Below are positions 190,965 through 201,700 of a DNA stretch of 248,000 bases, piece after piece. Each line of letters starts with the position of its first letter. The stretch's first letter is position 1. Location: contig NZ_JMCB01000003.1 in assembly GCF_000737315.1 (NCBI RefSeq), forward strand, positions 20,001 to 268,000, given 5' to 3'. The notes under the pieces are model-generated. The model did not search any database and was not told where the DNA came from. It saw nothing but the letters and a program-made list of their open reading frames with translations. The position numbers and the translations under genes are program-made. Source of the stretch: Hyalangium minutum. Lineage in GTDB: Bacteria; Myxococcota; Myxococcia; Myxococcales; Myxococcaceae.

Positions 190965-191804
190965 ATGGCGCGATGCGTGTTCCTGTCTGTTCTGGTGTTG
191001 CTCTCGGGCTGTGCCACTTCGCGGCTGTCCGGTGCGGAGCTCGACCGTGTGGTCCAGCCCGCCTTCATCTCCCGCATTGAAATCGAGGCCGGTCCCAAGA
191101 GCCTCGTCTTCCGCGAGGACGATGCGTACGGCGACAAGCTCAAGAAGCTCGAGCCCAAGGAGGCCGATCGCCGTCTCCAGGCCAAGCTCATGAAGGCGGT
191201 GACGCGCTTCGAGATCTCCGAGCGCCTGCGTGTCGGCACGATCCAGCAGCTCCCGCAGGAGCGGCCGTGGACGAACACGGTGGATCCGGCGCGAGTGGCC
191301 TCGGCCCTGGAGAGCTTCCTGGTGGAGGAGGTGCCGGCGAACGCCCCCGACTACGATCTGTTGCTCCCGCTGGGCGTGGACACGGTGGTGGAGTTCGTCA
191401 TCCAGGACTACGGCATGCGCAGCGACAATGGCCACGCGGGTGCGTACGTGAAGGGCTATGGGCGCATGTTCCGGCTGGCGGGCCGGAGTGAGATGTGGCG
191501 CCGGTCTTTCTCGGTGGATCAGATCGAAGCGGGGGAGCCGCACCTGGATCCCCTCAAGGTGGGCAAGGATCCGGATCTGTTCCGCCAGGCCATCACCTCG
191601 CTGCTGGATGTGGTGGCGGAGCAGTTCGCGAAGGATCTGTCGCCCAAGGACCGCCGGGGGGGGCCGCCGCTGCCAGTGGAAGGGGGCCCGGACATCCACG
191701 CGCCATCGGACAGCACGAACCGTACGGGCCGCGAGAATGAGCCGCCTTCGAGAAGGCCGGAGCCAGAGCTGCCCGCGGGCGAGCTGCCGGATCCTGACCC
191801 GTGA
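190965..191804 (+). CDS. Hypothetical lipoprotein
   Basis: Lipobox LSGC. Confidence 0.75.
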   Translation: MARCVFLSVLVLLSGCATSRLSGAELDRVVQPAFISRIEIEAGPKSLVFREDDAYGDKLKKLEPKEADRRLQAKLMKAVTRFEISERLRVGTIQQLPQERPWTNTVDPARVASALESFLVEEVPANAPDYDLLLPLGVDTVVEFVIQDYGMRSDNGHAGAYVKGYGRMFRLAGRSEMWRRSFSVDQIEAGEPHLDPLKVGKDPDLFRQAITSLLDVVAEQFAKDLSPKDRRGGPPLPVEGGPDIHAPSDSTNRTGRENEPPSRRPEPELPAGELPDPDP

Positions 191805-193171
191805 GAGCCCTGCTGCTCCTGACGGCGTTGACGCTGGGGGCCTCCGCGAGCGCTCAGCCCAAGGAGGAGCCTGTTCCGGAAGGGGTGTTCGGGCTCGCCG
191901 AGATCCGGGTCTTCGTCAGCAGCCCTCTGTGGTTCGCGTGGAAGCTCCCATCGTCGAAGTTTCTCCTCGGCTACGCCCGAGGCCCCGAGGGAAGAGGCCC
192001 CGAGGCGGGGCAGTTCGTCGTGCTCGATGGCAAGGGAAGGCTCGACGCGAAGCAGACCCAAGCCGTCCAGGAGGCGCTCCAGCAGGCGGATGCCTCGGGG
192101 CGCTGCATGGAGGTGAGCGAGCGGAAGATGCCCCTGTTGATGCCTCTGGGCACCCAGGGCGTCGTGCTCCAGTCGAGCTCCGATCCCCAGGGCTCGTGCC
192201 TGTTCACCTGGAACGCCCGCCGTTCAGCCATCGAGGTCCGGGCCGCTGACAGCGTGACGGCCCTCTGCGGGCCTTCGGGCTGTCCTCCCAAGGCATGTTG
192301 GCTCACCGAGGACTGCTGGCTGCCCGAGGCTCCGGACCTGGACACGGCGCGAAAGGGCTTCCATCCCACTTTGCTGGCGCAGTCCCTCATGGAGGACGTT
192401 CCGGCACCGGGGCGCGCTGTGTTGGCGGCGACCCTGCCGGGCGCGGGGAGGGTCCTCGTATGGGTGCCCTCCTGGCGCAGGGCGGACGCGGCGGATTCCG
192501 AGAAGGGCATGGACTCCCGCCTCTACGTCTTCGACCCCCAGAAGAAGGCCATCGATACGGCCATGACGCGGAAGCTCGTGGCGGCGCTCGGGACCGCGCT
192601 GGACGAGTGCCAGGGGCTCGGCACGGTGGCGGAGCTGCAGCAGAGCGGGAAGGGCGTGGAGATTCGCCAGTTCTATGCACCCGGGACGACGCACCTGAAC
192701 TGCTCCAGCACGGTGAGCTGGAAGGGCGGGAAGTTCAGCGTGGAGGCACACCCCTCGGGAGACAGCAGCCTGAGCTCGCTGGCGCGGGAGCAGGAACCAG
192801 GGGCCAGCGACGACCAGGCGCTCGGGCTGTGGAAGTCCGGCAAGCGCGATCTGGCGCTCGCCATGTGGGAGCAGCTCTACGCGCGGGCGGACTACCAGAG
192901 CCCCGGTTTCGCCGACGTCTGCAACAACCTCGGGTTCGCGTACTGGACGCTGACGGAGTTCAAGAAGGCCGAGGAGGTATTGCTCGACTGCGAGAAGTCC
193001 TTCCCGGCCCGCGCGACGATCCAGCTCAACCTGGGGGACGTCTACCGCGACACCGGTCGCGCCAAGGAGGCGATGGAGCGCTACCAGCACTTCCTCGAGA
193101 TGGAAGGGGGAACGCCCCAGCAGCGCAAGGCCGCCGAGAAGAGCCTCGAGCGGCTCAAGGGGCGTCCCTGA
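191801..193171 (+). CDS. Secreted protein with C-terminal TPRs
   Basis: Signal peptide; NNLGFAY..LNLGDVY TPRs. Confidence 0.7.
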   Translation: MRALLLLTALTLGASASAQPKEEPVPEGVFGLAEIRVFVSSPLWFAWKLPSSKFLLGYARGPEGRGPEAGQFVVLDGKGRLDAKQTQAVQEALQQADASGRCMEVSERKMPLLMPLGTQGVVLQSSSDPQGSCLFTWNARRSAIEVRAADSVTALCGPSGCPPKACWLTEDCWLPEAPDLDTARKGFHPTLLAQSLMEDVPAPGRAVLAATLPGAGRVLVWVPSWRRADAADSEKGMDSRLYVFDPQKKAIDTAMTRKLVAALGTALDECQGLGTVAELQQSGKGVEIRQFYAPGTTHLNCSSTVSWKGGKFSVEAHPSGDSSLSSLAREQEPGASDDQALGLWKSGKRDLALAMWEQLYARADYQSPGFADVCNNLGFAYWTLTEFKKAEEVLLDCEKSFPARATIQLNLGDVYRDTGRAKEAMERYQHFLEMEGGTPQQRKAAEKSLERLKGRP

Positions 193172-193192
193172 GCCGCGCTTGTACCCGCCGGG

Positions 193193-193816
193193 TCAGCCCT
193201 TCGGGTTTCCCCCCGAGCTCGGCGGTCCGGCATAGCCGCCCTCCGCCAAGCGCTCGCCGCTTATCTGGTAGAGCTCGGCCGTGTGGTGCCCCACGCCGGT
193301 GGCGTCGATCCACCGGTTGTAGAAGTTGAACAGGGCGCAGACGTTGATGGCGTCGTAGATGGCCTCGTCGGACCAGCCGGTGGCCTTCACCGCGTCCATG
193401 TCCTCCTGGCGGATCTTCCCGGGCGAGAGGTTCACCTTCTCCAGGAAGGTGAACAACGCCCGTTCGGCCTCCGAGATCGGAGCCGTGCGGTGATCGTCGA
193501 GGACCGCCTCGACCTTCTTCTCGTCTCCCAGCAGCTTCGCCGCGACCGCGGCGTGAGAGTTCGTTCAAAACAAACAGAAGTTGCCGCGCGAGGTGAAGGC
193601 GGCAATCAGCTCGCGCATGCCCGCGGACAGGGGCGAGGGCCCTCGCATGACCTCCTGGGTGAACTCAGACAGCGCATTCGTGACCTTGGGCTTGAATGCG
193701 AACAGGTGCCAGATGCGAGGGAAGGGCCTGCCCGCTTCGCGGGCCCGGCGGATCAGCTCCCCGTAGTGCCCGGTGCCTTCATAGGCTTCGATGCCCTTCA
193801 GAAACATCGGATCCAT
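193193..193816 (-). CDS. AhpD/CMD-like selenoprotein (in-frame TGA = Sec at 193565-193567)
   Basis: RELIAAFTSRGNFCLF(U)TNSHAAVA..; the downstream frame stays open and ends with AhpD-like FNFYNRWID. Confidence 0.85.
193538..193553 (-). promoter_or_regulatory. Bacterial SECIS hairpin
   Basis: cgccgc-GGTC-gcggcg; loop begins 18 nt after UGA, as in the E. coli fdhF GGUC loop. Confidence 0.75.
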
Positions 193817-193831
193817 AGAACCTCTTCTCGC

Positions 193832-194758
193832 TCAAGGTGACGTCGCTGGCGCGGGTTGGATCTCCGCCAGCACTTTCTCGTCGATGTGGATCTGCGCACG
193901 CTCGCGCAGTTGGTGGACCAGCGTCTCCAGGGCCTGCGTGCGCCGCTCGGACAGCAGCCGGGTGGCGATGCGATCCTTCACCGACTCCAGCGGGTTGTTC
194001 AAGCCCGCCTGACGCAGCGTCAGCTTGAGGAGGTGGAAGCCTCTCTCCGTCTCCACCAGCGGCCCCACTTCCTGCGGCGACTGGAGCGTGAAGGCCGCCT
194101 GCGCCAGTGCCGTTCCCCACGCTTGCGACAGCTCCTCCGCTGTCCTCGGGCCCAGATCTCCACCCTGCGCCTTGCTGGCCGCATCATCCGAGCGCTCTCG
194201 TGCCAGCGCCTCGAAGCCGTCCTGGCCCGGAGCTCCGGTGGGCGCGCGCACCTTCGCCAGCAGCGCCAGCGCCTCCGCCTTCACTTGCGGCCGCCGGGCG
194301 TCTCCCGCCGCCGCCGCCAGGAAGATGTGGCTCATCCGCACCTGCTCCGGCCGGACGAACTCAGCCCGGTGCTCCTCGTAGTACTGGCGCACCTCCGCCT
194401 CGGACGGAGGCTTCATCTCCTCCGTCACCTGCTTGACCAGCCGTTGGACGATCAGCTTGCGCAGTGCCTGCTGGACCTCGGCGTCCTTGTCCAGGCCTCG
194501 GCGCTCCGCCTCCTGCGCCAGCACCTCGAACTGGATCATCCCGTCCAGGAACTCCTGCTTCCGCTCCACCGTGGTGTAGCGGCCTCGGATGAAGGGCGCC
194601 TGCTCGTCCAGCCGCTGCTTGTACTCCTCCGCCGTGATCGCCGAGGTCCCCACCGTGGCCACCACGGGCTCCGCGGGACGATCCTTCTCCTGCCCACGGC
194701 ACCCCAGGCCCCCCACCAGGCCCAGCACGCAGCAGGCCAGGAACACGCGCTCCGTCAT
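193832..194758 (-). CDS. Parvulin/PpiC-type foldase lipoprotein (copy 1)
   Basis: Lipobox GLGC; SHIFL, FEALARERSDD..GGDLG. Confidence 0.88.
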   Translation of the reverse strand: MTERVFLACCVLGLVGGLGCRGQEKDRPAEPVVATVGTSAITAEEYKQRLDEQAPFIRGRYTTVERKQEFLDGMIQFEVLAQEAERRGLDKDAEVQQALRKLIVQRLVKQVTEEMKPPSEAEVRQYYEEHRAEFVRPEQVRMSHIFLAAAAGDARRPQVKAEALALLAKVRAPTGAPGQDGFEALARERSDDAASKAQGGDLGPRTAEELSQAWGTALAQAAFTLQSPQEVGPLVETERGFHLLKLTLRQAGLNNPLESVKDRIATRLLSERRTQALETLVHQLRERAQIHIDEKVLAEIQPAPATSP

Positions 194759-194875
194759 GTCGCTCCCATCGCTGATCTCGCGGACCGGATCCAGCGAGGC
194801 ATTTACCTGTAGCCAACATACAACGGGAAGTCCTAGGGTCTTCACTTCCGGTCATAGGAGGCGTGGAAGGAGCCT

Positions 194876-195787
194876 GTGGCTACGGGAGGTTGTGTGCGGC
194901 GCTGTCTCGGGTGCCTGATCGTCATCGTGGCGGCCTGTACCTCCGAGGCTCCCAGCACGGCTGGGGCCGACGCGGGCCGTCCCGTGGGCACCGTCGTGGG
195001 CCGCTTCGCAGGAGCCGAGGTCCTCACGGCCGAGGAGGTCTCGCGCGAGGCGGCGCGGCTGCCCCCCGCGCTCCGGGAGCAGTTCGAGACTCCCGCCGGC
195101 CGCCGTGAGTTCGCCCGCTCGCTGATCGACAAGCGCCTCCTGGTGCGCGAGGCCCAGCGCCGGAAGCTGACCGAGGATCCCGAGCTCCGCCGTCAGGTGC
195201 GCGAGTTGGAGGAGCGGCTGGCGGTGCAGGCGCTGCTGGCCCAGGAAGAGGCCGCCGCCGGGAAGCCCTCGGAGCAGGAGCTCCGAGCCTGGTTCGACTC
195301 GCACCGCGCGGAGCTGGCCCGGCCGGAGCAGGTGAGGGTGGGCCGTATCCTCGTGAACGTGGGCGCGAAGGCCTCCGAAGCGGAGCGCACCCGGGCCCGG
195401 CAAAAGGTGGAGGCGGCGGCAGCGCGGCTGCGGCGCGGCGAGTCCCTGGCGAAGGTGGCCCCGGAGGGTGAAGGCCCCGAGCGGATGAAGGGCGGAGAGC
195501 TCGGGCTGGTGGTCCGTGGAGGCGGGCTCGAGCCTTCCCTGGAGCAGGCCGCTTTCGCCCTGGAGCGCCCAGGCGCTGTGTCCGCGGTGGTGGCCCTGCG
195601 CGAGGGCTTCGCGGTGCTCACGCTCCTGGAGCGTAAGCCGCCGCGCGTGCCCACCTTCGAGGAGGTCCGCGCCGAGGTGGAAGGCCGCTTCGCTCCCGCG
195701 CACAAGCGGCAGATGTTCGATGCGCTTCTGGAGCGGCTGCGCCAGGAGGCCGGTGTCGAGCTCGTGGAATCCCGGGAGGCCCCATGA
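194876..195787 (+). CDS. Parvulin/PpiC-type foldase lipoprotein (copy 2, degenerate)
   Basis: Lipobox VAAC; GRILV, GGELG. Confidence 0.85.
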   Translation: MATGGCVRRCLGCLIVIVAACTSEAPSTAGADAGRPVGTVVGRFAGAEVLTAEEVSREAARLPPALREQFETPAGRREFARSLIDKRLLVREAQRRKLTEDPELRRQVRELEERLAVQALLAQEEAAAGKPSEQELRAWFDSHRAELARPEQVRVGRILVNVGAKASEAERTRARQKVEAAAARLRRGESLAKVAPEGEGPERMKGGELGLVVRGGGLEPSLEQAAFALERPGAVSAVVALREGFAVLTLLERKPPRVPTFEEVRAEVEGRFAPAHKRQMFDALLERLRQEAGVELVESREAP

Positions 195788-198700
195788 GCTTACCGGGTGG
195801 ACGCATGCTGCGTGCCGCCGCGCTGCTCGCGCTGGTGCTGCCGCTCACGGCGTGGTCCGCCACGGTGACCGCGGCCTTTCCCCTCGTTCCCCTGAGGCCG
195901 GGCGCTACGACCGCGGAGGTGGGGGTCGAAGTCCAGGGGCCCGCGGAGCAGGTGCTGATCTCGGTCACGGGCCAGTCCGCGTCCCGGGGATCCTTCGCCT
196001 CGCTGGCCAACGTGGTGGTGGATCGGGATCAGGCCGGGGCCGTGTCCTTCCATACGCTCGTGACGTTCTCCCAGCCGTTCCCGGAGGATGGCGTGCTGGA
196101 GGTGGTCGCCCGGCCTGTGGGAGACGGAGAGGACACCTCTCTCACCACGCGCTTCGATGCCGCGGCCCCGCCGCCTCGCTTTGGCCCAACGCCCCTCCGT
196201 GTGCGGGCCGATCTCGACAACCAGACGATCATCCTGGAGCTGGCCTACGCGGGGAACGCGGTGGCTGCCGAGGCCTCCGTGGTGGGCGCCTCCGCCGAGG
196301 AGCTTCGCCGCGTCCAGGGCAGCCTCGAGGACGTCGAGCCCGTCTCCTTTGTCCAGGCCCGCCGCCTCCTGGCCCGGCCCTCCACCGCTACGCCGGGCCG
196401 CATCGTCTTTGCTGTTCCCCTGGGCACCGCGCCGATCCCTCATGACGGCGTGGTGATCGCGGATGTGGCGCTGAGGGATGCCTTCGGCCGCACGGTGCAC
196501 ACCTCGGCCGTCGAGTTCACCCAGGCCACCGCGTTCGATCCCGTGGTGGGTGTGTCCGTGGAGCCCTCGCCGCTGCTGCTCTCCGAGGGCTTCGGCCAGC
196601 GCGTGCCCCTGCAGGTAGCGGGCAGCTTCGCCATCGCGGGTGAGGTGGATCTGTCCGGTGCGCACCGGGGCGTGCAGTACCGCTCGCTGGACGAGGGCGT
196701 GGCCTCCGTCACCGAGGATGGTCAGGTGGTCGCTCGCGCCAATGGCGAGACGGACATCGAGATCTCCTACGCGGGCTACACCGCCACCGCGCATGTGGTG
196801 GTGGACTCCTCGGCGGTGGTGGAGCGGCTGGAGGTGATGCCGGAGGCTCCCGTCATTCCGCGCGTGGGAGGCTCGATCCGGCTGGGCCTGGAGGGCGTGC
196901 TGAGCGACGGGCGCCGGGTGGATCTGTCCTCCCGCACGCTGGGCACCACCTGGAGCAGCCTGGATCCCAGCGTGCTCACCGTCCACTCGGATGGGCGCGC
197001 GGTGGGCCTGCGCCCGGGCACCGCACGCGTGGAGGCCCGCAACGCCGGCTACTCCGCCCTGCGCGTCGTGGAGGTGCAGGATGGGCCTCCCGAGATCAGC
197101 CTCTCCGCGCCATCTCAGGTGGTGGAGGGTGCCGACTTCGAGCTCAAGGCTCGCGCCCAGGACGATGTCGCGCTGGCCTTCGTGGAGTTCCTTGTCAACG
197201 GGGTGGTCACCACGCGGCTGACGGCCCCTCCCTTCACGATCAAGCTGCGCGCCCCTCCCGTCGCGGGCGGAGAGATGGTGATCGGGGCGGTGGCGGTGGA
197301 CTCGCATGGCTCGCGGACCCGGGCCACGGACGTCACCTTGAAGGTGCAGCCCGGGCAGGGCGCCAGCTCGAAGACGATCGTCTATGAGACGCCCCTGCCG
197401 GGTGCGCTGCTGCTGGAGGGACTGCCCCACACGGTGAGCCTCACCAGTGGGGACGCGCGCAGTGGCACGCTCTCTCCACAGGACTTCCAGCTCGTCCGCT
197501 ACTACGCGGATGGGGCGCTCCTCGGCACGGTTCGCACGCCGCGCGTCGAGATGCGCAACCTGGAGGAGGATCCCACCGAGCCGCCTGAGTACGTCGCCGT
197601 GCCGCTGTGGGAGCTGAGCTATGTGCCGCGCGCGGGCACCGCCGGCACGGTCGTGGCGCTGTACGCCGAGGCTGTGGATGCCCGGGGTGCCACGGCTCGC
197701 GGGGCCACCATCCTGGTTCGGATCGCGCGGGATGGGCCGCCGCTCGTCACCCTCCGGAGTCCCTCGGGGCCTCGGGTGCAAGCCACTGCGGGCCGCCCCG
197801 TGCAGCTCACGGGCCTTGTCGAGGACGACACCGTGACGCTCGGGGTGGAGCTCTCCCTGTTGGTGGATGGTGCCCAGGTGAGCAGCACGCGGCTGGTAGG
197901 CGAGGGGCTCGGGGGCACCCGCGCGGGCTCCGCGCCCTTCTCGATCTCCTGGACGCCTCCCGTCTCCAGCATCGGCCGGCTCGTGCGGCTGCAGTTCATG
198001 GCCCGGGATGTGGGGGACCACGAGAGCCGCGCCTCACTGGAGGCCTCTGTCGTCGCGGATGCGCCTCCTCAGATCTCCCTCCAGACGCCACCGCCCGGCA
198101 GCCAGGTGCTCGCGGGCACGACGCAGTTCCTCACGGCCTCGGTGGTGGATGACAGCGCGGGGCCTGTCGAGGTGACCTGGCGCGTGAACGGCGTTCCCGT
198201 GGGGGCGTCGCGCTCGCCTCCGTACCGCACCTCCTGGTCCGTCCCCACGTCGGCCGCCGGGAGCACGCTCCAGCTTCAGGCCACCGCGCGGGACTCCACG
198301 GGCAACGAGGCCCAGGCCAGCGGAGAGCTCTTCGTCGTCAGCGACACCACGCGCCCCAGCATCTCCCTCGTGGTGCCGCGCCCGCTGGCGGAGGTGCCGG
198401 AGACACAGGATCTGGTGGTGTCCGTGGCGGGACAGGACGATGCCACCGTCAAGAAGGTGGAGGTGCTGCTGGAAGGGGAGGTGCTGGCCACCGACGATGA
198501 CCCCGGGCCCAACGGAACCCAGCTGGGCTCCTTCCTCACGCACACCCTGGTGCGCTCCGCCCAGCTCATGGGCCGCCAGCAGATCCGGCTGGGAGCGCGC
198601 GCGTATGACGCCTCGGGGAACGTGGGCTCGGCGCCCGAGGTGCTCGTCAAGGTGCTGCCCGATGCGCCGCCCACCGTGCGCTTCGTGCTCCCCGCGGCCA

Positions 198701-201700
198701 ACACGCGGGCCACCATCGGCACGCCGCTGGAGTTGATCGCCGAGGCCGATGACGATGTGGCCGTCTCTTCCGTGGAGTTCTTCGCGGACGGGAACTCTTC
198801 GTGCCGCGCCACGCTCCCGCCCTACCGGTGCACGATCACCGTGACGGGACCCGCCCGGACGCTCCACCTGCGGGCCGTGGCCTCGGATGCTGGAGGGCGC
198901 AGCAGCTCCGCGGAGGTGGCCGTCCAGGTCAGCGAGGATCGTGAGCCGCCGCTGGTGGCCTTCCGCTCTCCGTCCGAGGGCAGCTTCACCTTCGCCGGGC
199001 GGAACCTGTCCGTGGAGGTGGCGGCCAGTGACGACGTGGGCGTGCGCGATGTCCGGTTGGAACTGGACGGGCAGACGGTGGGCACCCAGAGCGGCGGCGT
199101 GGTGGATGGGCTCTACCGCCTCTTCCGCTGGCAGGTGCCCATTCCCGCGGGGGCGGCCGGTCACACGCTGGCATTCAAGGCGGTGGCCACGGACACCTCG
199201 GGCCTCACGCGCGAGCGCTTGCTGGAGGTTCGCGCCCGCAGGGATGAGGCGCCCGCTGTCTCGCTCACCTCTCCGGCCCCCAACAGCTTCTATAAGGAGG
199301 GAGAGGACGTCCGGCTCGTGGTGACGGTGGCGGATGACGAGGGCGTCATCGGGCTCGTGGGCCTGTCCGGTGGCCGCAGGCAGGGGACGTTGGCCCAGTC
199401 CGGGCCGCTGCTGGATGTCTCCCGGCCTCAGGCGCTTACCGTCCGCGCGCCCTCCATCTTCCGGGGTGAGCCTCCCACCGTGGGCGCCGAGGCGCGCGAC
199501 ACGGCCGGTCAGTCCGGTGTGGCCACGGTGATGCTGAACGTGGCGAGGGACCTCGAGCCGCCCTCGGCGCTGATGATCTCACCGCTGCCTCCCGCCACCG
199601 GCCACCTCCGGGTGAACGAAGGCGGCGCCTTCTCGCTGCGCGTGGAGGTGGAGGACGACGTGCGCGTGGTGCGCGTCGCGGCGGTGGTGGATGGGCAAGA
199701 GCTGCCCGTCGTGAATGGACGTGAGCCGCTGGGTCCTCAGAACGAGCGCTTCGAGGAGGTGCGTGTCCAGGATCCGGTGATGCCGGGGCAGATCATCGTC
199801 AGCCGCCGCTACCTGGGCACCTTCGCGGGGACGGCGAGCCTGGCGCAGTACTCGGTGGGGCTCCACACGCTGGCGGCCCGGGCCTATGACGCGGGCGGGA
199901 ATGCCACCACCACCCCGGCACTGTCCTTCGAGATCCTCGAGGTGCAGGATCTGGCACCGCCTCGGGTGACCCTGACGCTGGAGGGAGGCCCGGATGAGCG
200001 CACGTGCGTGGCCGGAGCGCCCATGAAGCTGCGGGTCTCCGCCACGGATGACGTGTCGATCCGGGAGGCTTCGGTCACCTTCGAGGGCCAGCCCGTGACG
200101 ATCCGAAACCCTCCGGAGCGCTCGCCTCGGAACTGGCAGGAGGAGATCCCCTTTCAGTTCCCGCCGCTCGGGACGGGCGGCCGCCGGACCGTCACCTTCC
200201 TGGCCCGCGTCACGGATGGAGCCCAGCACACTGGCGTGGTGAGTCGCACTTGCGAGCTGACGCCAGATGGGCCTCCGCAGATCCTGGTGGTGAGCCCCAC
200301 GGCGCGCGCGGCTCTCACGGAGGAAGGCACCGAGCCCGTCCAGGTGGACGTGAGCGATGACGTGGGCGTCCGGCGAGGGCTGAGGGTGCTGTCCACCTCG
200401 GCGGTGGCCGTGCCGGGCATCGGCAGCTTCGAGGTGACGGCGACCGCGGCGCATGAGGGACTGGGCGTCCCGAGCGCCACGCTGATCCCGGGCGATGGGC
200501 CTGGCTTCTCCGTCGAGGCCCTGGAGGGGCGGCTGCTGATCTCTCCGCCAGGGGAGGGGCAGGGGACGGGCACTACCGCACCGGGCCGTCTGCGGCTGAA
200601 CGTGGAGCCTTCTCCCGCGGGGCACGGTGCCTTGGCCCAGGTGCGCTTCCGCTACGTCGTGAAGCCAGGGCACGAGGGCAGCACTGCGCTCCAGTCGTTC
200701 CGCTCCGCATTCCCCGACGGCGTGGGCAGCGTCACGCTCTCCGCGCCTGCCTTCTCCGCGGATCTGTCGTTCCCCTCCCAAGACATCGAGATGGAGGAGG
200801 TGGACATCCAGTTGTCCAAGGCGTCCGCGAACGCCGAGGAACTGGCGGTGACCCGGCTGGGCCTGCGCGGGTGGGGCACGCCGCAGCTCCAGCTCCGTGC
200901 TGAGGCTGCCGGCGAGCGCGTGGCGGTGCAGCGGTGGAACACGGGGGTGGCGCCCTCCCGGCCCGGACAGGTGAAGCGGATCGACGAAGCGGTGTGGCTG
201001 CCTCGGGGGCAGGCGCCGCGGGACTCCCAGCTAACCGTGCTGGCCGAGGATGTGGCCGGGCTCGTGGGCCGCGTGGCGATCCCGATCGTCGCGCGCACGG
201101 ACACGGACCCGCCCACGGCCTCCATCGTCTCCCCCGGCAACGGCGCGTCGGTGGTGGAGGACACTGTCTTCGAGGTCCAGGTGAGCGCCCAGGACAACGC
201201 GCGTCTGGATCAGCTGGAGCTGTGGGTGGATGGGCAGTCGCGCCAGGTGATGCGCGTGGGACCCGGGCCGTCCGGATCGCCTCAGGCGCACCGGTTCTCA
201301 CTCTCCCTGCCGCTGCCGGCCTCGGGGTACCCGGCCGCGCTGTCGGTGGTGGCGCGGGATGGGGCGGGCAATGCCACGGCGTCGGACACAGCCTATGTGC
201401 GTGTCATCCCCGATGTGGCGCCGTCGGTGACGTTCCAGTCGTTGACCTCCGCGGTGGAGTCGTTCACCCGCACCGAGCTGGACAGCGGCTACGTCGTGAT
201501 GCTGCAGGGCGTCCCCGCCACGCTGGGGATGCTGCTGGAGGATGACGCGGGCCTGGCCTCCATGCGCGTCCAGTTCGGCGATCAAGTGGTGAAGGAGGAG
201601 TCCTTCACGGGCGCGCCGCTGACGGCCGGGCGGCAGGTGACGTTCACTCCGCCCGTGGGCCGGGACGGCGCCCCCGTGGTGCTGCTCGTGTCGCTCACGG

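Noticed and set aside
193193-193456. Two separate short genes (87 aa and 83 aa)
   Set aside because: They are the two halves of one frame joined by a TGA at a CxxU site with a SECIS.
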